Shown: one piece after another, positions 1 to 9,453 of the stretch
How positions within the stretch are numbered: the stretch's first letter is position 1
Layout: the number at the start of each line of letters is the position of its first letter
Origin: Candidatus Marinacidobacterales bacterium
GTDB lineage: Bacteria > Acidobacteriota > Vicinamibacteria > Marinacidobacterales > SMYC01
Direction of reading: 5' to 3'
NCBI GenBank assembly: GCA_965224085.1
Contig: CBDCYI010000004.1
Location: forward strand, 1,536,001-1,600,000
DNA: 64,000 nt
Notes under the pieces: model-generated
Database searches by the model: none
Told to the model about the DNA's origin: nothing
The model's input: the letters and a program-made list of their open reading frames with translations, nothing else
Program-made: the position numbers and the translations under genes

Positions 1-440
1 GCCTCGTCGTCGTCGACGTCGTACGCAGCAACGACCGCTCGCGCGTCCTGCAAGGCTTTCTCCACCACCTGAGTCAACGCGACCGGCAGCTCCGCCCGCA
101 CGTCGGTCAGTGGTGGTGGTTCTGGGTGCAGAACCGCGTCTAGCACTCGGGTGGTCGTGTCTCCGGCAAAGGCGGGTTCCCCGTCGCGTTTTCAAACAGC
201 AGGCTTCCTAGGGAGAACACATCGCTTCTTCCGTCCACCGCCTCCCCAGTGCCTGCTCCGGAGACATGTGCGCGACCGTGCCCATCACCACCCCCGCATC
301 GGTCAACCGACCTACGGTCGACGCGTCGCTCGACTCCGATGCCGCCGCAATTTGTTTCGCCAGCCCGAAGTCGAGGATCTTGACGGCGCCCAGCTCCGAG
401 ATCATCACGTTGGGAGGCTTGAGGTCCCGGTGAATGGACA
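1..440 (-). pseudogene. Degraded Ser/Thr protein kinase fragment
   Basis: [10 protein letters not shown]...DFGLAK...[11 protein letters not shown] in one frame, continuing as [14 protein letters not shown] in another; N-lobe missing; premature stop at 140. Confidence 0.85.
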
Positions 441-488
441 TCTGTTTCCCGAAACCTGATATATTCCCCGCCAATTCGGAGGTCGCGC

Positions 489-2459
489 ATGGACAAGAAG
501 CCACACGTCCCCTATGTACCCGTTTCGACCGACATGGCGGAGCTCACCTTCAAAGCCGTTTTCCTCGGCGTCATCATGGCGGTCGTGCTCGGAGCGGCCA
601 ACGCCTACTTGGGCATGAAAGCGGGGCTAACGGTCGCGGCGACCTTCCCAGCCGCCGTTGTAGCGATGGCGGCTCTCAGGCCCTTCCGAGGCACGATTCT
701 CGAAGAGAACATCGCGCGCACCACGGCTTCGGTGGGTGAAGCGCTCGTGGCCGGCGCCATCTTTACCATCCCCGCCTTCGTCATCGCGGGCGCGTGGGAG
801 GATATTCGCTACTGGGAGAGCACTGCCATCATGTTGATTGGCGGGACGCTTGGTGTTTTCTTTATCATCATTTTGAGACGCACCCTCGTCGTCGAGGCCG
901 ACCTCCCCTTTCCCGAGAGTGTCGCGGCCGCGGAGATCGTGAAGGCCGGCCAAGGCGGACAAACGGGCGCATCCCTCGTCTTTGGCGCCATGGGGCTCGC
1001 GGGCGTCTGGGAGCTGTTCAAGAACTCGAACGGCATCCAGTTCATCTCGGACAGCGCGAGCCGCTTCGTCTCGTTCGGACGCTCGACGATTCAAGTCGGA
1101 CAAGAACAGATTTCTTATACCGGTGGCTTGCATCTCGCGACACCCGCGGCATCCCCCGCGCTCATGGGTGTCGGCTTCATCGTCGGGATGCGCGTTTCCG
1201 CCATCCTCTTCGCGGGAGCGCTCTTGGGATGGCTCGTGCTGGTCCCACTAGCACTGTTTCTGAATCCGGGATGGAGCAGCCCGCTGGACTCGTCTCTCGC
1301 GGAGCAAGTCTGGCTTCGGCAGATCCGACCGCTCGCGGTCGGCACGATGATCGTCGCGGCCTTCTACACGCTCTACAATCTTCGTACGTCGCTCATCACG
1401 GGCATCCGGAACGCGGTCAAGAACATCGGCGTAACCCCCGATGATGCCGAGGCCGTCGATCGCACCGAGATCGACATCGACTTCAAGAAGACCGCTATCG
1501 GCGTCGGCATTGCCGCCATTGGAACCTTCCTCCTGTATAACTACTTCGCTCAAGCGGTCGGCGGCGCTCTGCTGCTCACCGTCGTGATGGTAATTCTCGG
1601 CTTTCTATTTGCGGCCGTCGCCGGTTATCTCGTCGGGCTCATCGGAAGCTCGAACAATCCGATCTCGGGTCTGACACTGAGCGCGCTCTTGATATCGGCG
1701 GTACTCATGGTGGCAATCGGCTTGACCGACGTCCACGGCGTCGCCGCCGTGCTCGGGGTTGCCGGCGTGGTCTGCTGCGCCGCCGGCATCGCCGGCGACA
1801 TGATGCAAGACCTCAAAGTGGGTCATCTCTTGGGAGGCTCGCCGTGGAAGATGGAGGTCGGCGAGATCATTGGCGTCCTGTTCGCCGCCTTCGTTCTCGC
1901 GTTTCCGCTGATGGCGCTTCACGAGGTCTATACGATCGGCTCCGCCGAGCTTCCGGCGCCGCAGGCCGGTCTCATGGCTTTGATGGCGAACGGCATCGTC
2001 GAGGGCGACATGGCGTGGCCTCTCGTGATCGTGGGCATGTTCCTCGCCATCATGCTGATTTTGATCGGGGCTCCGTCCCCCATGCTAATCGCCGTGGGCA
2101 TGTATCTGCCTTTCGAGTCGACTTCGGCGATCTTCGTGGGCGGTCTCATCAAAGCGCTCCTGGACTGGCGGCTGAGTCGGCAAAATGCGAGCGATGACGA
2201 GCAAGTGCGCGCCGAGAACACGGGGACGCTACTCTCCTCGGGCTTCATCGCTGGAGAATCGTTGATGGCGGTCGTGCTCGCGTTTCTCGTGCTCGGCGCC
2301 GATCGCCTTCCCGCGCTCGCATCGTTGCACCAAAGCATGACCTCGATCGGCTCGGCGAGCTATGGGCCAAGTATCCTCATCTATCCCGTCTTGCTGTACA
2401 TGCTCGTGTGGCTTCCGCTCAAGAAGATGACCGAGGGCCGGAGCACGCAGACGGGCTAG
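489..2459 (+). CDS. OPT-family oligopeptide transporter
   Basis: 656 aa polytopic membrane protein; [41 protein letters not shown] and PAPQA motifs. Confidence 0.93.
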   Translation: MDKKPHVPYVPVSTDMAELTFKAVFLGVIMAVVLGAANAYLGMKAGLTVAATFPAAVVAMAALRPFRGTILEENIARTTASVGEALVAGAIFTIPAFVIAGAWEDIRYWESTAIMLIGGTLGVFFIIILRRTLVVEADLPFPESVAAAEIVKAGQGGQTGASLVFGAMGLAGVWELFKNSNGIQFISDSASRFVSFGRSTIQVGQEQISYTGGLHLATPAASPALMGVGFIVGMRVSAILFAGALLGWLVLVPLALFLNPGWSSPLDSSLAEQVWLRQIRPLAVGTMIVAAFYTLYNLRTSLITGIRNAVKNIGVTPDDAEAVDRTEIDIDFKKTAIGVGIAAIGTFLLYNYFAQAVGGALLLTVVMVILGFLFAAVAGYLVGLIGSSNNPISGLTLSALLISAVLMVAIGLTDVHGVAAVLGVAGVVCCAAGIAGDMMQDLKVGHLLGGSPWKMEVGEIIGVLFAAFVLAFPLMALHEVYTIGSAELPAPQAGLMALMANGIVEGDMAWPLVIVGMFLAIMLILIGAPSPMLIAVGMYLPFESTSAIFVGGLIKALLDWRLSRQNASDDEQVRAENTGTLLSSGFIAGESLMAVVLAFLVLGADRLPALASLHQSMTSIGSASYGPSILIYPVLLYMLVWLPLKKMTEGRSTQTG

Positions 2460-2462
2460 ACG

Positions 2463-2816
2463 ATGAACCTTCTCGACCTCACGCCCGTCGCCGCGGCGGA
2501 GTCGGAGGAGCAGGGCGGCGGCATCGTCGTCATCCGTCCACGACCGGCCTATCACGGCCTCCTGACGCCTTTCGACTGGATCGTCTACTTGCTCGCGCCT
2601 CGGCGCCTACGGCTCGACGAGATCGGGAGCTTCTGTTGGCGTCAGCTCGATGGCCGGCGCACGGCGGGCGAAATTGCCGCGGCGCTTCGCGCTGAGTTCG
2701 GAGACTCCGTCGAGCCCGCCGAAGAGCGCGTCGGCCAGTTCATTCGATCTTTGCGCAGAGAGCAGCTCGTGCGCCTGCCCGAGCTCGATACGAAATACCA
2801 AGGAGGCACGCCGTGA
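2463..2816 (+). CDS. PqqD-family (RRE-like) protein
   Basis: LDEIGSFCWRQLDGRRTAGEIAAALRAEF...FIRSL pattern; starts 3 nt after the OPT stop. Confidence 0.8.
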   Translation: MNLLDLTPVAAAESEEQGGGIVVIRPRPAYHGLLTPFDWIVYLLAPRRLRLDEIGSFCWRQLDGRRTAGEIAAALRAEFGDSVEPAEERVGQFIRSLRREQLVRLPELDTKYQGGTP

Positions 2817-3280
2817 AGAAATGGCTTCTCGGTCTAGTCCTCACCCCCGGATTGGCGCTAGCGCAAGCTGAGCTCGTCGAGCCCGACGCGAACGGGATCA
2901 TCCCCCAACCGCACATAGCGCTCACAAATACTCACGTGGTCGACGTGCGCACCGGGACGGTGCTCGAAAACGCGGTCGTGGTCGTGGTCGTGCGCGACGC
3001 ACGGATCGTTTCTGTGGGACCGGATCCCGCACCCGCGAATGCCATCGTCATGGATCTCGAAGGAAAGTATCTTCTCCCCGGTTTCATGGACGCGCATTGG
3101 GATGGGCGAACGCTCGAGAATCTACGCCGGGCGGTCGAGTCCGGCGTCACCACCATGAAGAGCGCGAGCGTCGGCAAGCTATACCGACGGACACTCAGTA
3201 CGGGCCCCGTAGCGCGACGGTGATTCCACGAGAGATTACGAATTTGGTCGAGCTCGGCATGACGCCTCTTCGAGCGCTCG
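2813..3280 (+). pseudogene. Secreted amidohydrolase remnant with internal deletion and frameshift
   Basis: Signal peptide, [15 protein letters not shown] and GVTT; then out-of-frame C-terminal piece TDTQYGP...[12 protein letters not shown]. Confidence 0.75.
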
Positions 3281-4029
3281 ATATCGTCAACCACTTCTAC
3301 CCGGACGGCGCTTCGGCCTACAACGTCATTGCCGAGATTCCGGGAACGGACAAAGCCGACGAAGTCATCATGCTCGGCGGCCACCTCGATTCGTGGCATT
3401 CCGGGACGGGCGCGACCGACAACGCCATCGGCTGTGCCGTGATGATAGAGGCCGCACGGATTCTCAAAGCCATCGGCGTCGAACCGCGGCGTAGCATCCG
3501 CGTGGCCCTCTGGAGCGGCGAGGAGCAAGGCCTTCTCGGATCGAAGGCCTATGTCGCGGAGCATTTCGGAAACGCTGAGGAGCCTAAGGCCGAGTTCGCG
3601 AATTTCGGCGGCTATTTCAACATCGATTCGGGCACCGGGCGCGCCCGAGGGGCGACCGTGTTCGGTCCTTCGAGCGCGGCCTCGATCTTGCGCGAAGCAC
3701 TCGCTCCTTTCGCCGATCTCGGCGTTGTCGGTGCGACCACGACCACGAGCCGGCGAGTCGGTGGATCGGACCACACGTCTTTCAACGGCGCCGGGCTTCC
3801 CGGGATTGGGATGGGCCAAGACCCTATCGAATATGGATCCCACTCGTGGCACACGAATCTCGACGTTTATGAACGCGTCGTGCCGGGCGACGCGATCAAC
3901 TCGGCGACCGTGATTGCCGCCGCGCTCTACCACTTGGCGATGCGCGACGACTTGCTGCCGCGCTTCTCGAGCGAAGAGATGCCCGAGCCCCCAAAGCCGC
4001 CAGAGGAGCAACGCACGACGCAGCCATAG
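3281..4029 (+). pseudogene. M28-family metallopeptidase C-terminal catalytic part, 5'-truncated and fused to the amidohydrolase remnant
   Basis: [35 protein letters not shown] and WHTNLD motifs. Confidence 0.8.
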
Positions 4030-4058
4030 AATGCTACAAAAAAAAGAGCGCGTCGATT

Positions 4059-6950
4059 TCAACGGCCGGTAATCGGGACGAATTCGGCGAGCTCTTCGGT
4101 CCAGTTCAGCACGACGCGCAAGCGGTCGATACCGGCGCCCGGAGGGGGCCGCAGAATTAAAAAGCGATCCCCGCCAGGAAAGACATCGTAGGCGGGATTG
4201 CTGCCTGTGGTCGGTGGCGCCGGCGTGTTCAAGATGGTCCGGGAGCTGCCTACAGAAAAGCCCGACGCCGTTTGCACGGGCACGGCTAAAAGCTCTTCGC
4301 CGTGCCGGTAGTAGAGCTCGCGGCCATCGGGGCTCCACACGGGCTCGGTGCCGCCATCGATTGAGACCGCGGTCACCGGTCCAGGTGGCGGATAGGGTCG
4401 CACATAAATCTCGTTCTGTCCGGTCTCGTTCGAGACGTATGCGATGTAGCGGCCGTCGGGCGAGAAAACGGGCGAAAGCTCGTTGGCCGGACTCTCAACG
4501 AACGGTACCGGCTCGCTCCCGTTTTTGACATCGATGACCCAGAGATCTCTTTGACGGACATCTCCAATTTCGTAATACGCGAGTACGCCGTCAGTCGACC
4601 AGGAGACGGGGATGAGCGTACGCCCGGAACCGGTCAGATGCTCGGGCGGCGAGCTCCCATCCGCTGCGACGATGTACAAATCGCCCGTTCCTCCGCGGCG
4701 GCTCATGAAGGCGATACGCGTTCCATCCGGGCTCCATGTCGGGAAGCCCCCGCCTCGGATGGTGAGCTGACGGATCGAGCCAGGCCGGGTCAAGTCGAAG
4801 ATCCAGAGCTCGCGGCTGTCGCGGCCGCCGATATGCACGGCCGCGAGCCGTCCATCCGGCGAGATCCGCGGCCAACCCGGGGAGCCCATCGACACAGGCA
4901 TCACGTCGACGTTCCCTTTCGAATCGATCGCGTCGAGAACGGCGGACGGCGTCCGTTCCATGTAGACGAGCGCGCCCGCCGACGAGGTGGCAAAAGTCGA
5001 CGCTCCGAGAGGATAGGCATGGATGCCTTCGATGAGAGGCACACCCGAGCCGGTCAGGCGAAGACCGGCTGGGTCGAAAGGCGCCACTTCGATAGACCCT
5101 CCCCGAACGTAGACCAGATGCCCAGAGGGTAAATAGGACCCCTGGCTGCCAGGGCCGAGTATCGTGACCGTCCCGGATTCGCGGTCGAGAAGGGCGATCT
5201 GGTCGACAACACCCGTGGCGGACGAGGAGCGCACGGTGAACAATACGGTGCTTTCTCCTGGTAGCCAGCGAGGCCAGAGATGCTCGAGTACGTTCGGCTC
5301 GCCGCCGAGATCCGAGATGTGCGCCGGCTCGCCCCCCGCCGCGGGGACGACCAAGAGCCCTTGGGCGCCGTCCTGGGCGAACACGATCGTGCCATTTTCT
5401 CCCCAGCTCGCCCCACGTGACTGCAAACCGGCTTCAGTCACGATCTCGGCGATACCTCGGCTCACAGCTACTTTCTTCATCGCTCCTTGCGCGAAGAACC
5501 CAATCCATGCTCCGTCCGGCGAGAAAAACGGGTCGCGCGCCTCGTCGCTCCCACGTATCGCCTTCATCTCATAAGCGCCAAGCTCGCGGAGGTAGAGCAT
5601 CGCGTGATTCTCTTTTTCCGCGACGAACGCGAGCCGGGAAGCGTCGGGAGAGAGCGCGAGCGTCGATGAAGCACCCACAAACAGACGTTCCTCGGGTCCA
5701 ACGACGACCGTGCTCCTCGTGAGAGGCCCGCGCGTAACGAATCGACCCCGATCGCCAATCGCTCGAAAAAAAGCCATGCCCGCAAGGAAGGCGGCGAGAG
5801 ACGCCAGCGCGACCCAACGCCCTTTGGTTCCCCGCTCGGCGCGATCGACCGCCGTTCCCTGGCGCGCGAGCTCGGCGATCTCGATCCGCGCATCGCCAAT
5901 GTCCTGCAGCCGCTCGCGAGCGTTTTGCCGCAAACAGCGCTTCATCAATCGCAGCAACGCGCGAGGGGTGTCCGCGGGAAGCAGGCCCCAATCGACTTGG
6001 TCGCGCAAGACCGCGGCAATGGCGTCGGATGGCGTTTGACCGCCAAAAGCACGCCGGCCAGAGAGCATCTCGAAAAGAAGACAGCCGAACGCCCACACGT
6101 CGGTACGTTTGTCGACGCTCTCACCGCGCGCCTGTTCCGGGCTCATGTAACCCGGCGTTCCCAGAACGACCCCCACCCTCGTCGTGGGCGCCGACACGAG
6201 CTCGGTCCGTGTGGTGGCTTCGGCGGCGGCCTCGTCGTGCGTTTTGGCGAGTCCGAAATCGAGAACTTTGATACGGCCCTCATGTGTGATCTTGATGTTC
6301 GACGGCTTCAGGTCGCGATGGATGACCCCTTTGCGATGAGCTTCGCCGACCGCTTCCGCAATTTGCTCGGCGAACTTCAGGAGCTCGAAAAGCTCGAGCG
6401 GTCCGCGGGTGAGACGCTCGGCGAGCGTTGGGCCTTCGACAAGCTCCAAGATCAAGTACCGCTTATCGTCGACACGCAGCAGGTCGTAGATGGAAGCGAT
6501 GTTGGGGTGATTCAAGCTCGCGAGAAGCTTGGCCTCGCGCTCGAAGCGGCGGAGCGTCGAGTTGTCGTCGGCGAAGTCTCGCGACAGCACCTTGATGGCG
6601 ACCTCGCGCTCGAGGTCGGGATCTTTCGCGCGGTAGACACTTCCCATGCCCCCGCGGCCGAGCAGACCGAGGACCGCGTACGGGCCGATGTGGTCTCCTG
6701 GGACGATACTCGCGTCGTCGCCGCCCTGGAGCTCTCGCGCAACTTCTTCCCAGATGGGCCCCTTCATGGCTCCGCTCGGAAAGAGCGAATCCTCTTCGAC
6801 GCTCAGCTCGAGCAGCTTCTCCACTACATCGCGAAGCGCCGCGTCGCCATCGCAGGCTTCGGCCAGAAAGCTTGCACGCTCCTCCGGCGGCTTGTCGAGG
6901 GCCGCATCTAAAAGCGCGTCGACTCGGGAAAATCGCTTGCGATTGATCAC
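4059..6950 (-). CDS. Membrane Ser/Thr kinase with C-terminal PD40/TolB-like beta-propeller
   Basis: GRGGMG, VAIKVL, HRDLKPSN, DFGLAK, TM segment, repeated SPDG; start placed at GTG 6950. Confidence 0.93.
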   Translation of the reverse strand: MINRKRFSRVDALLDAALDKPPEERASFLAEACDGDAALRDVVEKLLELSVEEDSLFPSGAMKGPIWEEVARELQGGDDASIVPGDHIGPYAVLGLLGRGGMGSVYRAKDPDLEREVAIKVLSRDFADDNSTLRRFEREAKLLASLNHPNIASIYDLLRVDDKRYLILELVEGPTLAERLTRGPLELFELLKFAEQIAEAVGEAHRKGVIHRDLKPSNIKITHEGRIKVLDFGLAKTHDEAAAEATTRTELVSAPTTRVGVVLGTPGYMSPEQARGESVDKRTDVWAFGCLLFEMLSGRRAFGGQTPSDAIAAVLRDQVDWGLLPADTPRALLRLMKRCLRQNARERLQDIGDARIEIAELARQGTAVDRAERGTKGRWVALASLAAFLAGMAFFRAIGDRGRFVTRGPLTRSTVVVGPEERLFVGASSTLALSPDASRLAFVAEKENHAMLYLRELGAYEMKAIRGSDEARDPFFSPDGAWIGFFAQGAMKKVAVSRGIAEIVTEAGLQSRGASWGENGTIVFAQDGAQGLLVVPAAGGEPAHISDLGGEPNVLEHLWPRWLPGESTVLFTVRSSSATGVVDQIALLDRESGTVTILGPGSQGSYLPSGHLVYVRGGSIEVAPFDPAGLRLTGSGVPLIEGIHAYPLGASTFATSSAGALVYMERTPSAVLDAIDSKGNVDVMPVSMGSPGWPRISPDGRLAAVHIGGRDSRELWIFDLTRPGSIRQLTIRGGGFPTWSPDGTRIAFMSRRGGTGDLYIVAADGSSPPEHLTGSGRTLIPVSWSTDGVLAYYEIGDVRQRDLWVIDVKNGSEPVPFVESPANELSPVFSPDGRYIAYVSNETGQNEIYVRPYPPPGPVTAVSIDGGTEPVWSPDGRELYYRHGEELLAVPVQTASGFSVGSSRTILNTPAPPTTGSNPAYDVFPGGDRFLILRPPPGAGIDRLRVVLNWTEELAEFVPITGR

Positions 6951-7035
6951 AGGAACCGGTGCGAAGGATATGCGGGAGCGCCGCCAAAAGCAAGATGTCA
7001 GAATACGAGAGGCATTAATTGGGCAGATTGTCGAC

Positions 7036-8325
7036 TCATTTCGCGCACGTGCGGAAACCCGCGACCACATCCGCGCGATCGGGCAGGAAGAAATTTCGAT
7101 AGCTGTTGTTGATGAGGCGCGACCGCGTCGCCCACGCGCCGCCTTTGAGCACTTTGTGATAGCCGAACCACGGAGCCGAGTACTCTCGATAGGGATGATC
7201 GACGAGATAGCCGGGAAAAGGATAGAAGGCCGACGCGGTCCACTCCCAAACGTTCCCGATCATTTGGCGACAGCCATAGGCGCTGTCGGACGCTGGATAG
7301 GCGGCCACGTCCACGGTCCCGAGGTGGCGTGAGTCGAGATTGGCGAGCTCGGCGGAAGGCTCGGTGTCACCCCAAGGATAGCCGCCGCTCACAGCGGCGC
7401 TCGCCGCCATGTCCCACTCGGCTTCGGTCGGCAAGCGGCGGCGCGCCCAACGGCAATAAGCTTCCGCCTCGTACCAGCTCACATGGCATACCGGGGCGTG
7501 AGGCTCAAGGCGCACGTAGCGGTCGAAGTTCCTTCTCAGCCAGCCCCGCTCGTCACGCACCCAGTAATTGGGGTGCGCAGCACCCGTGCTCGAGCGGATG
7601 ACCCACCCCTCGGGGCTCCAAAACTCGCGCTCGGTATAACCACCATCGTCGACGAAGGCGGCGAACGCTTCGTTCGTGACCGGCGCGCGCGCGATGCGAA
7701 ATGCCTGAACTTCGACAGGATGACCCCACTTCTCGTTGTCGAAGAGAAACGATGCGTCTTTGGATGCGCCGAGCTGATGCCGCCCACCGGGAATCTCGAC
7801 GTCGCCGGGTAAATCGCCTTCTTCTCCTGGCGCGGCGGCGGTCGCACGCAGCCGGGGCGCCGGATATTCCAGAGTCTGGCGCGTATAGGTAAGCGCCTCA
7901 CCGTGCATGTCTTCGTGAAGGGTGCAAAGAAGCGCGAGATAAGTCTCCCGAGGGTTCGCTTCGCCGCTCCCCAAGCGTTCAGCGAAGGCCTCGAAGACAT
8001 CGTTCATATAGGCGATCGTCTTCTCCCGCGACGGGAGCGGGAGCGACCAGCGGGTGTCATGAGCGACGTGAAAGGAATCGAACAGCTCGTCGGCGCCGCG
8101 AAGCAGTTGCGGGTCGCGGCCGAGCTCGCGCAAGAAAAAGACTTCGAAGAAAAACGCGATGTGCCCTAGCTCCCAGCGCGGGGGATTCACGTTCGAAATA
8201 TGCGGGACTTCGAGCTGCTCGTCATCGAGGTCGTCTAGGAGCGCTATCGTTCGCGCGCGCGCGTCGCGTGCTTGGTCGATGAGCGTCGCGGCCGGCAAGC
8301 AGTGGTGTTTGTCGGAGAGTGCCAC
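7036..8325 (-). CDS. EgtB-family sulfoxide/selenoxide synthase (DinB + FGE-sulfatase domains), SenA-like clade
   Basis: NPPRWELGH, HEDMH iron ligands, RLPTEAEW, GNVWEW, C-terminal YREYSAPWFG...YRNFFLPDR.D..AGFRTCA. Confidence 0.85.
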   Translation of the reverse strand: MALSDKHHCLPAATLIDQARDARARTIALLDDLDDEQLEVPHISNVNPPRWELGHIAFFFEVFFLRELGRDPQLLRGADELFDSFHVAHDTRWSLPLPSREKTIAYMNDVFEAFAERLGSGEANPRETYLALLCTLHEDMHGEALTYTRQTLEYPAPRLRATAAAPGEEGDLPGDVEIPGGRHQLGASKDASFLFDNEKWGHPVEVQAFRIARAPVTNEAFAAFVDDGGYTEREFWSPEGWVIRSSTGAAHPNYWVRDERGWLRRNFDRYVRLEPHAPVCHVSWYEAEAYCRWARRRLPTEAEWDMAASAAVSGGYPWGDTEPSAELANLDSRHLGTVDVAAYPASDSAYGCRQMIGNVWEWTASAFYPFPGYLVDHPYREYSAPWFGYHKVLKGGAWATRSRLINNSYRNFFLPDRADVVAGFRTCAK

Positions 8326-8370
8326 ATTGGCAATCTATCAACGATTCCGGGGACGCGCTATTCTTGGCAG

Positions 8371-8376
8371 TACAAT
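8371..8376 (+). promoter_or_regulatory. Putative sigma70 -10 box for the candidate ncRNA
   Basis: TACAAT ending 4 nt before the predicted terminal stem; no good -35. Confidence 0.35.
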
Positions 8377-8380
8377 ATTG

Positions 8381-8545
8381 TGGCCAAGACAGCCTCTTAG
8401 AGTTATGACTCCTTATCAACGGCGGTGATTTTCTCGGCTGACGTGACGCTTAGGGTCTGTTAAAGATGGCTCTCCATCTTCGGCCGGATTCTCTCTGCCC
8501 CCTCTCTTGTTTCTGCGTTCAGAACGCTTCAGGTTTACTTGGCTA
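8381..8545 (+). ncRNA. Candidate 6S RNA-like rod-shaped ncRNA
   Basis: End-to-end pairing TGGCCAAG/CTTGGCTA, AGCCT/AGGTT, GGCGGTGA/TCTCTGCC, TCGGCTGA/TCGGCCGG around a central bubble; G-U pairs work only on the + strand. Confidence 0.5.
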
Positions 8546-9334
8546 GGGTTTCTGGGCGACGTCGATCTCGCTCGCGAGCTCTCGGAGATGGTTGAGATAG
8601 GCACGGATTTTTTTCTTTTCGGATTCCGGAATGCTATCGAAAGCGAGTCCCACTCCGCGCTCTCCTTCGGTCGATTCCGAGCGGGCCCAGGCCACACGCG
8701 CTTCGGTCGACACGGTCCCTTGGTCGTGAAGCTCGAAGCGTAGCGCGCCGACGTGATCGACTTCCGGCAACGCGTCGCCTTGGAAATAGGCTCCGCCGAC
8801 ACTCAAGTTCGTGAGATAGCCCGACAAGGAGGAGGAGCCCAAGGAGATTTGTGCCTCGATGAGCGTCGGCGCGTAGCGCTCATCGGCGCGCGCATGAACA
8901 TGAGGCGCGTCTAGAGGTGGCGTCGCGTCTTTTTTGTCGACCAGCGTCGCCAACACCAGGAGGAGCTCCGCAGTCGGAATGGGGGCGGAGGCGTAGAACG
9001 GTCTCAAGTCCACGCCGGCGAGCTCGCCGGGGGGCGTCTCATGCTTCGCGAATCGGAAGGCGCCCTTTCGGAGAGAGAGTATTTCGGTCAAGCACGCCAT
9101 TGCCTGCACGCGACGAAAGGCGCGACGGCTCTGAGGCTCGATCTCTCGCGACGCCTTGGCGAGCAACAGACGCGCCGACGAGGACTCGCCACACACGATG
9201 GCGCCCTGGGCGAAGATGATGGTACCGGACGTTTCCGGGCTCTCGACAAAGAGCTCTCCTGTCTGCTTCGAGTAGGCCAACACTTGAAGCACGTCGAGAA
9301 GAGGGACGCGCTCTAACTCGCCACTGACGATCAT
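8543..9334 (-). CDS. DUF4388 + PilZ domain protein
   Basis: GELERVPLLDVLQVL...TGEL N-terminus; R.DERY and NLSVGGAY...ARVAW...GVGLAF PilZ motifs. Confidence 0.8.
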   Translation of the reverse strand: MIVSGELERVPLLDVLQVLAYSKQTGELFVESPETSGTIIFAQGAIVCGESSSARLLLAKASREIEPQSRRAFRRVQAMACLTEILSLRKGAFRFAKHETPPGELAGVDLRPFYASAPIPTAELLLVLATLVDKKDATPPLDAPHVHARADERYAPTLIEAQISLGSSSLSGYLTNLSVGGAYFQGDALPEVDHVGALRFELHDQGTVSTEARVAWARSESTEGERGVGLAFDSIPESEKKKIRAYLNHLRELASEIDVAQKP

Positions 9335-9453
9335 GGATTTTGATGGATTCGGAAGGAGCCGTCACCCATTGTCGCACGAATTCCCGGGCCTGTCTTTACG
9401 CTCGGGCTAGACGCTAGTCCCTGTGTTATGTGACGAACTACTGATACAGGGCA

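Noticed and set aside
8410-8500. SAM-I riboswitch for the EgtB-like gene (CTTATCAA start)
   Set aside because: Wrong strand for that gene and the core GAG...GCAACC motifs are missing
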